From: Pseudobdellovibrionaceae bacterium
GTDB taxonomy: Bacteria; Bdellovibrionota; Bdellovibrionia; Bdellovibrionales; Bdellovibrionaceae
NCBI GenBank assembly: GCA_039810425.1
Contig: JBDHWW010000041.1
Span: 1 to 24,988 of the forward strand
Reading direction: 5' to 3'
DNA: 24,988 nucleotides
Part shown: piece after piece, positions 9,053-18,296 of the stretch
Numbering within the stretch: the stretch's first letter is position 1
How the letters are laid out: each line of letters starts with the position of its first letter
Notes under the pieces: model-generated
What the model was told of the DNA's origin: nothing
Seen by the model: only the letters and a program-made list of their open reading frames with translations
The model's database searches: none
Made by a program: the position numbers and the translations under genes

Positions 9053-10636
9053 CTAGCGTTGTACTGCCGTCCACTCGGAGGTCGTGTCCGTCGGCAATAA
9101 AAGTCCCGTATAGATGTAACCTGTTTGACCTTGATAAGTGATGCGGTAATAGACTTTGTTATTACTGCCTTCAACGAAGACTTCCTGCACTTGCAACTGC
9201 GTGCCACTCGGGATCAGGCGAATCAAAGCCCCCCCTGGAGTCATTCGCTGGTTCACGCCGACGGCATTCACAACTTTCACGTGCCCGCCGACTTTCGCAA
9301 GCGTGCCGGGAACATTGTTATTCATCGCAACCACGGCCCAGGTAAGATAGTCGGCATTGCTGCCTCCGAAAACATAACCTTCTTTATCTTGGTAACGGAC
9401 CTTGTAGTAACGGTCGTTTTCGGGCGCGCTTCGAAGTTCAAAATCTAGTACCGTCACGGCTTGGCTCCTAGGAACCACGGTAACCACACCGCCACCGGGG
9501 CTCGAACGCAGATAGGTGTTCTTTTGAATCTCAATGTCGGTGCCGACAGAAAAGAGAGTCCCTTCATAGGCCTGGCAAAGCACATGACGATCCTGATTCT
9601 CCGGTGAATAACTGGCAAGGACGGTGTCTTTCACGGCGGTGGCTTCGTCCACGCTGTAGGGACTGATATGTTTTAAGCAAATCGCATCGCGCGCCTCTTT
9701 CACACAAGCGGCTTTTGCGTTGCGAATAACACAGTAGGAACCTGTGGCGCTCTTATAGAGCACTCCGGATTTCAAGACCGGGATTTCAAGATCGGGTCCC
9801 GGCGCTGGGCAGTTTTCTTTTTTCTCAATCAAGCAAGCCACGTCAACGGAAGCGTTCTTGTTGGATTCGACGCCGTATTTTTCCCAAGGGCGGTTTCTGT
9901 AATGATTGTAGAAGTTCTTATCGTTCTGCGCCCACTTGTCGTTGGGATTCGTCCACCGGCAGATCTTTCCGGAACCACCATTGTATGCGGCCCACGATGC
10001 ACGAATGCGGGCTTCGTAGTTGGTCGCGGACGTCACGCAAGTTTGCGAAGGGGCCTTCTCCCAGTTTTTATAGAAGATATCCATCGCGTAAGTGAGATTG
10101 GTGATCAAATTCCAAGCCGTGCCATTGGTGACCGCCGGAAAGTGCGATCGGTCATCGATTTGCATCATCCCGTGGCCATGGCCGTAATCGCCTCTCATCA
10201 TTTTTAGGCGCGCATCCGTGGCGTTCCTATAGTGGCTCCAGTAGCTTTCGTGGCTGGCCGTAACTTGAATCCCGAGCACCCACCACGAGACTTCGCCCGC
10301 GGACATTGTCGGCTTACGTTTTTTTATGTAGTAGGCTGCGGCTTCTTTGATGACAGCATTCATCTCATCGACATAGCGAGAGCGCTCCGTCGAGCCAACC
10401 GTGTCGCGATAGATAAGAGAAGCAAGGTTGCCAGTGACGTACTTGTCATCACCGAAGGCATTGGCGTTGCAAGCCTGCGGTGCCCGACCATAGTTATACT
10501 CTCCGCCCACGCGATCATTGCATTTGTAGTAGTCAGCCGTCGCCGCCCCGGCCGCACGAGGGACTCCCGAAGCAAGCGCGAACCCCAGCCCCAGAGCCAA
10601 AAGTTTTTTAAAATGAGAGCTGTTTTTTGTGTCCAT
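9053..10636 (-). CDS. Secreted GH23 goose-type-lysozyme-like peptidoglycan hydrolase with two C-terminal SH3b-like domains
   Basis: Signal peptide; catalytic HES, GDYGHGHGMMQIDDRSH and AAYNGG motifs; Cys-rich middle region; two SH3b-like repeats (YLRSSPGGG...YYKVRYQDKEGYV and VNQRMTPGGA...YYRITYQGQTGYI). Confidence 0.8.
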   Translation of the reverse strand: MDTKNSSHFKKLLALGLGFALASGVPRAAGAATADYYKCNDRVGGEYNYGRAPQACNANAFGDDKYVTGNLASLIYRDTVGSTERSRYVDEMNAVIKEAAAYYIKKRKPTMSAGEVSWWVLGIQVTASHESYWSHYRNATDARLKMMRGDYGHGHGMMQIDDRSHFPAVTNGTAWNLITNLTYAMDIFYKNWEKAPSQTCVTSATNYEARIRASWAAYNGGSGKICRWTNPNDKWAQNDKNFYNHYRNRPWEKYGVESNKNASVDVACLIEKKENCPAPGPDLEIPVLKSGVLYKSATGSYCVIRNAKAACVKEARDAICLKHISPYSVDEATAVKDTVLASYSPENQDRHVLCQAYEGTLFSVGTDIEIQKNTYLRSSPGGGVVTVVPRSQAVTVLDFELRSAPENDRYYKVRYQDKEGYVFGGSNADYLTWAVVAMNNNVPGTLAKVGGHVKVVNAVGVNQRMTPGGALIRLIPSGTQLQVQEVFVEGSNNKVYYRITYQGQTGYIYTGLLLPTDTTSEWTAVQR

Positions 10637-10642
10637 GAGTGC

Positions 10643-10669
10643 CTATCGGCACCCCAAACAACGACTTAA
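10643..10669 (-). promoter_or_regulatory. Sigma28 (FliA)-type promoter, probably leaderless
   Basis: Minus strand TTAAGTCG-N11-GCCGATAG versus consensus TAAAGTTT-N11-GCCGATAA, with exact spacing. The -10 box ends 6 nt before the ATG at 10636 and there is no SD. Confidence 0.7.
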
Positions 10670-10689
10670 ATACCCTCACGCCAAGTCTA

Positions 10690-10717
10690 GACCCACATCC
10701 AGCAAAAGATGTGGGTC
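10690..10717. terminator. Perfect 10-bp hairpin downstream of actF (possible terminator or processing stem)
   Basis: GACCCACATC-N8-GATGTGGGTC with no clear U-tract. A smaller hairpin GGTAC-gcc-GTACC followed by TTTTT lies on the minus strand just after the actF stop. Confidence 0.4.
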
Positions 10718-10780
10718 GTAATATGGGCTTCGAAACCCCGGGTTTTTGCGCCGCATCCGAAAAAGGTACGGCGTACCCTC

Positions 10781-11983
10781 CTAGTAAGTGACGTGGTGGG
10801 TGATGGCTTCTTGCATGCGAGGGTCTTTGAGAGCCACGATGCTGTTTTTGGTGAAGAAGCGGAAAAGCACAAACAAGAACAAACCAGCAAAACCCAAGAA
10901 CATGCCGATTTCCCAGAGACCAAAAGTCACCTGGCCATCGTAGAAGTTCGGGTACACCATCCAGTAAATATCAAGATATTGCATCACCAGGATTAAACCA
11001 GAAACTACCAACAAGTGAGTCTCATTACGTTTTGCGGCCTTCGGAAGCAAAACTAAGAATGGAACGATGAAGCGGAAGATCAGCAATGCCATCGAAAGAC
11101 CCATCCAGCCATTCTGAGCGCGCATGATGTAGTATTCAGTTTCTTCCGGGATGTTCGCGTACCAAATCAACATGAATTGCGAGAATGCAATGTAAGCCCA
11201 AAAGACCGTGAAACCCTTCATGAACTTCGCTAAATCATGGTAGTGGTCTTCAGTCACGTAGCCTTTGACCAAACCAGAACGTCTCATGAAGATCGCAATT
11301 GGAATGATGACCGCGAAGAATGCCTGGAACAAACCTGAAAAACAGTATATCCCGAAGATCGTGCTGTACCAAGTTGGCAAAAGCGACATCAACAAATCAA
11401 CACTAAACAACGAGAACGTGATCGAGAAGAACAAAGTAAAGCCGATAGAGTAGCCCACGTTTTTGTGAGTCAAAGACTCATCGCCCGACTGATCTTGCTT
11501 GAGGGAATTTCCAACCAGGATCTGGCGGAACGCCATCATCCCCAAGCCGAAAACCAACAAACGAATCACCAAGAATGTCGTGTTCAAGTAAGTCGTTTTT
11601 GCTTGAAGAACGGCGTTCTCAGCCACTCTCTCGTGGTCGGCCCATGGGTAGAGGTATTTCAAGCCCAAAATAAGAACCAAACTCGTGACAACCATCACTG
11701 GAATGTATGCCGTCATGCCCTCCGCGTACCGGCGAACAGATACGCTCCATCCGGCTTTGGACAAGTTTTGGATGGCTAACCAGAAAAGGCCGCCCAAGCC
11801 AACACAGGCAAAGAAAAAGAAAGCCACTAAGTAAGAGGTCCACATTCTATCCTGGTTTTTCAACAAACCAAAAACAAAAGTAATCAGACCGATTGCGAGG
11901 AAAACGTAGCTGGTAATCTGCAGAGCTTTTGGAGTCTGGAATTTACCAACGTGAAGATCGTGGTGGTGATTTGATGCTGCCAT
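10781..11983 (-). CDS. actF: Alternative complex III subunit ActF (NrfD-like membrane subunit)
   Basis: About 10 TM helices; AGWSVSVRR, WYSTIFG, HYHDLAKFM and FSQFMLIWYANIPEET motifs; last gene of the act operon. Confidence 0.9.
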   Translation of the reverse strand: MAASNHHHDLHVGKFQTPKALQITSYVFLAIGLITFVFGLLKNQDRMWTSYLVAFFFFACVGLGGLFWLAIQNLSKAGWSVSVRRYAEGMTAYIPVMVVTSLVLILGLKYLYPWADHERVAENAVLQAKTTYLNTTFLVIRLLVFGLGMMAFRQILVGNSLKQDQSGDESLTHKNVGYSIGFTLFFSITFSLFSVDLLMSLLPTWYSTIFGIYCFSGLFQAFFAVIIPIAIFMRRSGLVKGYVTEDHYHDLAKFMKGFTVFWAYIAFSQFMLIWYANIPEETEYYIMRAQNGWMGLSMALLIFRFIVPFLVLLPKAAKRNETHLLVVSGLILVMQYLDIYWMVYPNFYDGQVTFGLWEIGMFLGFAGLFLFVLFRFFTKNSIVALKDPRMQEAITHHVTY

Positions 11984-11992
11984 ATCTAAAAC

Positions 11993-12553
11993 CTACTTAG
12001 ATTCTTTTTGTAAGAAACGAATATAGTTAACAACTTGCCAACGGTAAGCTTGCGGAATGTGAGACGCGTAAGGCCCCATCACACCCTGCCCTTCAGTGAT
12101 CACATGGTAAATGTGACCATCTGGCCAGCCCTTAATTTTATCAGTCAAGATTGAAGGGGGTTTCAACGCCATGTTTATAACAACGTTAGAGTCCGGATTT
12201 CCAGCGCCGCCTTGGCCGTGGCAAACCGCACAGTTCGTTTCGAAGTATTTTTGTCCTATGCTCAAAACGTCCGGCGACATTTTTCCCGCCAATGGGTTGG
12301 CTTGCTTAGCACCACCGTCGATATCACCTTTGTACTTGTAGGGTGTAAAGCCAACAGGAACCGTGTGATCCGGAGGCACTCTCATACCCGAGTGATTCGG
12401 AGAGCCTTCATCGTACTCCTGAGCTTTAATCGCTGGGGACTCGAACATATCTTGGATGATTTCCACATTCGTCTTGTCACCCTTTGCCCCGCACGCCGAA
12501 AGTGCCAAAGCCGCCGCTGTCATCAGAATGATTTTTTCAAAATGCGTTTTCAT
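11993..12553 (-). CDS. actE: Alternative complex III monoheme cytochrome c lipoprotein ActE
   Basis: Lipobox LSAC, single CAVCH heme motif, distal Met (GVMGPY) and RWQVVNYIR. Confidence 0.9.
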   Translation of the reverse strand: MKTHFEKIILMTAAALALSACGAKGDKTNVEIIQDMFESPAIKAQEYDEGSPNHSGMRVPPDHTVPVGFTPYKYKGDIDGGAKQANPLAGKMSPDVLSIGQKYFETNCAVCHGQGGAGNPDSNVVINMALKPPSILTDKIKGWPDGHIYHVITEGQGVMGPYASHIPQAYRWQVVNYIRFLQKESK

Positions 12554-13081
12554 TTAGTACTCCGCCACTTTTTTCACGTCAGAAGCACCCAACTCACGGA
12601 AGAAGCGTTCGATCTTAGCTTCATCGTAGCCTGTGTCGTTTTGTGGGATGAAGATTGCGAACTTATGTGAGGTTAAATCAGGATCGATCGTCGGCGGGTC
12701 AATTCGTGGTATTTTCGTCGCGTAGAACAAAGCCGCAACCGAGCTTAACGCCGCAAACAAAACCGTCAATTCGAACATGATAGGAATAAAAGCCGGCAAT
12801 GAGAACGCAGGCTTACCACCGACGTTGATTGGCCAATCCACAGCCGAAGTCCACCAAGTCAGAAGCAAAGCGGCCAACAGACCCACAACCCCCGTCACCA
12901 TGGTCACGTAAGGGATCCAAGATCTTTTGATACCACAAGCTTCTTCCATACCATGCACGGGATAAGGAGTGATCGCATCGAACTTTGTATAACCGCTCTC
13001 GCGCGTCTTAGCCGCCGCCTTTACAACTGCGTGCTCCTCCGTCCAGATACCGGCAATTCCGCCCATTCCAACTTTTGCCAT
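12554..13081 (-). CDS. actD: Alternative complex III subunit ActD (DUF3341)
   Basis: TPYPVHGM, DWPINVGGKP and PAFIPIMFELTVLF motifs; two TM helices. Confidence 0.92.
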   Translation of the reverse strand: MAKVGMGGIAGIWTEEHAVVKAAAKTRESGYTKFDAITPYPVHGMEEACGIKRSWIPYVTMVTGVVGLLAALLLTWWTSAVDWPINVGGKPAFSLPAFIPIMFELTVLFAALSSVAALFYATKIPRIDPPTIDPDLTSHKFAIFIPQNDTGYDEAKIERFFRELGASDVKKVAEY

Positions 13082-14442
13082 TAGTGGCCTCCTTTATGAT
13101 CTTGTCCAACTGGCAATACAGGCTTCACTTCGGCGATGGAGATTGCCGGGAAGAAACGCAAGTACAACAAGAACAGAGTTAAGAACATACCGAATGAACC
13201 AAAAAGGATTGCGCCGTCAAAGAAAGACCAAGCGTAATTACCCCAGTTCGCCGGCAAGAAATCACGATGCAAAGATGTAACCGTGATCACAAAACGCTCA
13301 AACCACATACCGATGTTCACGAAGATCGAAACAACGAACATGATAGGAATAGAACGGCGGGCTTTTTTGAACCAGAACACTTGCGGGATCAAAACGTTGC
13401 AAGTGATCATTGTCCAGTACGACCAAGCATACGGACCGAAAGCACGACTCACGAAGAATACATAGCGCTCGTATGGATTGCCTGAGTACCAAGCGATGAA
13501 GAACTCAGAACCGTAAGCATAACCCACCATCAAGCCCGTCGCCATGATGATTTTGTTCATAACTTCCATGTGATCCAGAGTGATGTAATTCTTAAACTCA
13601 GGAACACCGATACGAACCAAGGTCATCAGCGTCACAACCATCGCGAAACCGGAGAAGATCGCACCGGCAACGAAGTAGGGAGGGAAGATCGTCGTATGCC
13701 AACCCGGAAGACCCGAGACAGCGAAGTCGAAAGAGACGATGGTGTGTACCGAAAGAACAAGCGGAGCGGAAAGACCCGCTAAGAGCAGGTAAACCATCTC
13801 ATAGTGTGCCCAGTTCTTCGCAGTCCCGCGCCAACCGAGGGACAAAGCGCCGTAAACCGTACGGCGGATTTTGTTTTTCGCACGGTCTTTGATAGTCGCA
13901 AAGTCAGGCACCATGCCCACGTACCAGAACACCATGGAAACCGTCGCGTATGTCGATACGGCGAAAACGTCCCATAAAAGCGGAGAACGGAAATTCACCC
14001 AAAGAGGCCCGCGTTGATTCGGATAAGGGAACAACCAGTAATCCAACCAAGGACGGCCCGTGTGAAGCAATGGAAAGAGACCCGCAGTCATAACGGCGAA
14101 GACCGTCATCGCTTCTGCGGTTCGCGCCACCGATGTTCTCCACTTTTGACGGAAGAGGAACAGGATCGCGGAGATCAACGTACCCGCGTGACCGATACCG
14201 ATCCAGAATACGAAGGTTACGATCATCGTACCCCAAGCATTCGGGTGATTCACCCCGAGGAGTCCCATACCTTTACCGATCACAGCTCCCAAGATGATCA
14301 CATAGAAAATCAAGATACTGAGCGCGGTCGTGAAAAGGCCGAGCCAACCTTTAGAAGGATAAACTTCAATCGGAGCACAGATATCCTCTGTGATGTCCTT
14401 TACTGATTTGTTTCCAAGGACAAGCTTATTACGCGTCAACAT
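13081..14442 (-). CDS. actC: Alternative complex III quinol-oxidising subunit ActC (NrfD/PsrC family)
   Basis: [67 protein letters not shown] and GMWFERF motifs. Confidence 0.95.
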   Translation of the reverse strand: MLTRNKLVLGNKSVKDITEDICAPIEVYPSKGWLGLFTTALSILIFYVIILGAVIGKGMGLLGVNHPNAWGTMIVTFVFWIGIGHAGTLISAILFLFRQKWRTSVARTAEAMTVFAVMTAGLFPLLHTGRPWLDYWLFPYPNQRGPLWVNFRSPLLWDVFAVSTYATVSMVFWYVGMVPDFATIKDRAKNKIRRTVYGALSLGWRGTAKNWAHYEMVYLLLAGLSAPLVLSVHTIVSFDFAVSGLPGWHTTIFPPYFVAGAIFSGFAMVVTLMTLVRIGVPEFKNYITLDHMEVMNKIIMATGLMVGYAYGSEFFIAWYSGNPYERYVFFVSRAFGPYAWSYWTMITCNVLIPQVFWFKKARRSIPIMFVVSIFVNIGMWFERFVITVTSLHRDFLPANWGNYAWSFFDGAILFGSFGMFLTLFLLYLRFFPAISIAEVKPVLPVGQDHKGGH

Positions 14443-17400
14443 TAGTGGCCGCCTTTCTCAGCAACGACTGTCTCTTTATCATTGTTGCGGATCTTCGAGA
14501 GATAACGAACTGCAGGAGCCGCATGCCACTCTTCAAGAAGAGCGTATGAACGCGGTTCATTTTTGAACATCTTGGCAACTTGGCTTTCAGGATCATTCAA
14601 ATCACCGAACGTGATCGCCTGTGAAGGACACGCCGTTTGGCAGGCAGTTTTAATTTCGCCATCCTTCAATTTGCGGCCTTCCAATTTCGCCTTGTTCTTA
14701 CCCTCTTTAATTCTGTGAACGCAGAACGAACACTTTTCCATAACCCCGCGGGCACGAACGCCCACATCCGGGTTCAAGGCCATGTGAGTCGGTTTTTCAA
14801 TGTTCTTAGCGTAGTTGAACCAATTAAAGCGGCGAACTTTGTAAGGACAGTTGTTCGAGCAGTAACGGGTGCCAACGCACCGGTTGTAAACCATTTCATT
14901 CAAACCTTCATCGCTGTGAACCGTCGCAAGGACTGGGCACACAGTTTCGCAAGGGGCATTGTCACAGTGTTGACACATCACGGGTTGGAAAACTGCCAAA
15001 GCATCCTCTGGCTTACCCACGAAGTAACGGTCGACGCGCAACCAGTGCATTTCACGGCCTTGCAATACATACGTCTTACCCACAACCGGAACGTTATTCT
15101 CAGATTGGCAAGCCGTCATACAAGCAGAGCATCCAGTACAAGTATTCAAGTCAACGGCCATACCCCATTTGTGACCATTGTATTGATGGCCGGACCAAAT
15201 ATTCCAGGTCTTGTGCCTGTGGACGCCGGCGTGTTCATCTTTCATATAGTCTTTGAACGTGGCCTCGGCAACGATCATACGGCCTTCCATGGTGTTGTTT
15301 CCAGCCACACATGCGAGGTTGTACTTCTTGGAAGTCTTAGTCAGAGTCGCTGATTGGCCAGCGAAGATCGCGCCATTTTTCATAGTTACGAACTCAAACA
15401 TGTTCTTACCCACGCCGTTTGCCACTTGCCCCGCCTTTGTGCGGCCGTAACCGACAGCAACAGCGAAGACATCGTCATGCAAACCTGGCTGGATGTGAAC
15501 TGGAAGCTCGACTTTCTTGTCGCCCACTTTCAGCTCAACGATCGTGGATTCCTTCAGTGAATGCTTCTCCGCCGTCGCAATCGAAACGCTCACGTAGTTA
15601 TCCCAAACAATCTTAGTGACTGGATCCGGTAACTCTTGCAGCCAGGAAACGTTTGCCAAAGTACCGTCACCGATTTGAACCGTTGGGTACAATACCAATT
15701 CATAGCCCGAAGTGCTTGACGCCGCTTTAATGGAGCTAAACGCCTCGGTCTTGAAAGACCGCGCGGACGATGATTTTACGTCGCCCACAGAGCCCGTTTG
15801 CAAGACTTCGCTCCAGAAATCTTCGAAGCCTTTGCCTTTAGCAAATTTTGGCTGGATGTCTTCTTTCCAGTAGTTTCTCAAGTAGTCATAGAAAGTTTCG
15901 TAAGTAGTCAAACGCTTAGGACCCACGTTTGCCAAGTAAGCCCACGTCATCAAAGTGAGTTGGAACGAACGCGTGTCATACATGGGACGAATCGCCGGCT
16001 GCTGGATCGCAAAAATGCCTTCTGCAAACTCCGCATCACCCCAGGTTTCCAAGGGATGGTTATCCGGAGCAAGGTAAGTTGCGTGATCACCCGTCTCGTC
16101 GATACGGTCACCGGTGTAAACGACCATTTCCACTTTGCGAAGGGCCTCGACAAAACCGGACTCTGGCGGAAGTGCGTAAGCAGGATTCACGCGGTGAATA
16201 ATTAAAGTTTTCACTTTACCCGCGCCCATATCGGCAATGAGCTTTTCCATATCGCCGTAAGAGGCCTTTAAGCCTGGAACGGCGTTTTTTCCGTCAACAG
16301 TCTTGCCATCGTTATCCAGCAAGCTGTTTAAGAAGTTCACCGCGATTTGCAACTCGCGTGAGCGAGAGGTCAATGTCTGCAAACCACCGGCCACGACGAG
16401 AGACTCGCCTTTGTTTTCCCAAAGATCCGCAGCCACTTTATTAAAGAGCGCAGGTTCGACACCCAGTTTCTGAGCTGTATTGGCGTAAGAAACGAGGCTC
16501 TCTTTGAATTTTTCATTATTCGCATAAGAAGAAACACCTTTATTCACGATCAACGCATTGATCAAGCCCATCACAACATCGAGTTGCTGAGAAGGTTTTA
16601 TCTTAACCCGAATGTCCGCGTTGGCTCCGGTCAAGGAATAGTTCGAGTCAAAAGAAACCAGCTTCGACATTTTCTTAGGATCCCGGCGGCCTGCCGCGAA
16701 CTGAGACTGGAACTGGGTTGGATTCAACCACGTTCCCAAGAAATCCGCGTCGACAGATACGATCACTTTCGCTTTATCGAAACGGTACTGAGGAACAACA
16801 GCTTCACCATAAGAAGCTTTTTGACCTTCACGAACCTCTTCGTGTGCAAACGGCTCCCAAGAAACATGGTCTGCTTTGAAAGCTTGGGCAAAATCAGAAA
16901 CTACCGCACGAGTCGCCGGAGAAGCCATATTACCTGTCAAAACAACAGCGCCACCCTTTTTCAACTGTGCAACGACTTTGTCATCTAAACTGTCCCACTT
17001 TACGCTGACAGTGTCTTTATTGGTCTTCTTCTCGTTGAAGATGTTGTATTTAGGGCCTTGCAGCCGTTCTGGATCATAAAGACTCATAAGCGACGCTTGA
17101 GATCGAGCGCTCAACCCGCCCTGCGTGAGAGGGAACCGAGGATTTGACTCAATCTTCACCGGGCGGCCTTCGCGTGTTTTCACCAAAACGCCGAACCCCC
17201 CACTCCCGTCGAAGTATGTCGAGGTGTAGTAGTTTGCTTCGCCCAAAGTCACTTCTTCAGGTTGCTTGTTGTAGGGAACGATTTTTTGGACTGGACGACG
17301 GATGCAACCCGCCGCCGACATCGCCAGAGAAGCGCCCATCAGTTTTAAGAATTCACGGCGGGCCCAGCCGCCTTCACCGGTGTCGCTTTCGCGCAATGGG

Positions 17401-17564
17401 GAAGACTGGAACTCCGTCGTTGCTTTCGCTAAAAACTCAGGATCATTGTTGTAATGCTCGAGAGTCAGCCAGTAAGTATTGTCTCTTTCGATTTGCGGGC
17501 GCGCAGCTTTCTTTGCCGCCAATTCCGCTTCGCTATGCTCGTGATCGTGATTCATTTCAGACAT
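14442..17564 (-). CDS. actB: Alternative complex III subunit ActB (Tat-exported molybdopterin-oxidoreductase-like domain fused to an Fe-S domain)
   Basis: Twin-arginine [12 protein letters not shown] followed by lipobox AAGC. Fe-S motifs [37 protein letters not shown] and CSFC...CQTACP. Start moved to ATG 17564 (SD GGAAGG). Confidence 0.93.
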   Translation of the reverse strand: MSEMNHDHEHSEAELAAKKAARPQIERDNTYWLTLEHYNNDPEFLAKATTEFQSSPLRESDTGEGGWARREFLKLMGASLAMSAAGCIRRPVQKIVPYNKQPEEVTLGEANYYTSTYFDGSGGFGVLVKTREGRPVKIESNPRFPLTQGGLSARSQASLMSLYDPERLQGPKYNIFNEKKTNKDTVSVKWDSLDDKVVAQLKKGGAVVLTGNMASPATRAVVSDFAQAFKADHVSWEPFAHEEVREGQKASYGEAVVPQYRFDKAKVIVSVDADFLGTWLNPTQFQSQFAAGRRDPKKMSKLVSFDSNYSLTGANADIRVKIKPSQQLDVVMGLINALIVNKGVSSYANNEKFKESLVSYANTAQKLGVEPALFNKVAADLWENKGESLVVAGGLQTLTSRSRELQIAVNFLNSLLDNDGKTVDGKNAVPGLKASYGDMEKLIADMGAGKVKTLIIHRVNPAYALPPESGFVEALRKVEMVVYTGDRIDETGDHATYLAPDNHPLETWGDAEFAEGIFAIQQPAIRPMYDTRSFQLTLMTWAYLANVGPKRLTTYETFYDYLRNYWKEDIQPKFAKGKGFEDFWSEVLQTGSVGDVKSSSARSFKTEAFSSIKAASSTSGYELVLYPTVQIGDGTLANVSWLQELPDPVTKIVWDNYVSVSIATAEKHSLKESTIVELKVGDKKVELPVHIQPGLHDDVFAVAVGYGRTKAGQVANGVGKNMFEFVTMKNGAIFAGQSATLTKTSKKYNLACVAGNNTMEGRMIVAEATFKDYMKDEHAGVHRHKTWNIWSGHQYNGHKWGMAVDLNTCTGCSACMTACQSENNVPVVGKTYVLQGREMHWLRVDRYFVGKPEDALAVFQPVMCQHCDNAPCETVCPVLATVHSDEGLNEMVYNRCVGTRYCSNNCPYKVRRFNWFNYAKNIEKPTHMALNPDVGVRARGVMEKCSFCVHRIKEGKNKAKLEGRKLKDGEIKTACQTACPSQAITFGDLNDPESQVAKMFKNEPRSYALLEEWHAAPAVRYLSKIRNNDKETVVAEKGGH

Positions 17565-17584
17565 GGTACCTTCCACAAACTCAA

Positions 17585-18103
17585 TTAGTGGTGACAAGTT
17601 GTACAGTTCAAAGGAGCTTTGTTCTCTGGTTGACGGTGGCAGTTAATACACCAGCCCATCGACAGATCCTGAACCTGAGTGATTTTTGCCATCTTCTCAA
17701 CTTCGCCATGGCAAGTTTGGCAGTTCACACCTTTTGCAATATGCGCGGAGTGATTGAAGTGAACGAAGTCCGGGAGCGCGTGAACGCGAACCCACTCGAT
17801 AGACCCGCCCTTGTCGTAAGCCTCGCGCAATTTTTGAATGAACGGGCTGTCCGTCTTCACTTGAAGGTGGCAGTTCATGCATGTTGAAAGCGCCGGGACG
17901 TTGGAGTGGCGAGATCTCTCAACTTGGTTGTGACAGTATTGACACTGAATTTGATTTTTCGTGACGTGAATTTCGTGGCTGAAAGGAAGCGGCTGTTCCG
18001 GCGCGTATCCTTGGTTGTAGCCCCAACCCGGCTGAAATTTACATCCTGCAAGGCTCAACGCAAGGAGCCCCACTGCTGCAAAAGTTTTAAATACCCGATG
18101 CAT
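17585..18103 (-). CDS. actA: Alternative complex III pentaheme cytochrome c ActA
   Basis: Five CxxCH motifs (CQYCH, CMNCH, CQTCH, CINCH, CTTCH) plus APEQPLPFSH, LPDFVHFNHSAH and LSMGWC. Start moved to ATG 18103 (SD AAGGA). The N-terminus has a lipobox LAGC. Confidence 0.92.
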   Translation of the reverse strand: MHRVFKTFAAVGLLALSLAGCKFQPGWGYNQGYAPEQPLPFSHEIHVTKNQIQCQYCHNQVERSRHSNVPALSTCMNCHLQVKTDSPFIQKLREAYDKGGSIEWVRVHALPDFVHFNHSAHIAKGVNCQTCHGEVEKMAKITQVQDLSMGWCINCHRQPENKAPLNCTTCHH

Positions 18104-18249
18104 AATCTTCCTTTGCCTGATGATTACAGAGATGTGCCCATGCGAAAACGCGCGCGCGCACCATAACAATTTTTCGATGGTTCCTATTTAAAAGCGGAAT
18201 GCACGACTTGTCCACTCTCTTTTTGCAAACTTGATGAGAATTCAGAAGC

Positions 18250-18264
18250 TTAGACCCTGTCTAA
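18250..18264. promoter_or_regulatory. Palindromic putative operator upstream of the act operon
   Basis: TTAGAC-cct-GTCTAA, overlapping a second palindrome CTAATATTAG (18261-18270), in the ccsA-actA spacer. Confidence 0.4.
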
Positions 18265-18296
18265 TATTAGGCTCGGCTCTTATAGAAAAGCTCTGA

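Noticed and set aside
13081..14460. Identical KGGH C-termini of ActB and ActC
   Set aside because: Explained by the embedded SD-like AAAGG(A/C)GG plus TAATG coupling to the next gene, not by a protein motif.
18231..18244. FNR-like TTGAT half-site upstream of actA
   Set aside because: The second half (ATTCA) does not match ATCAA; insufficient support.
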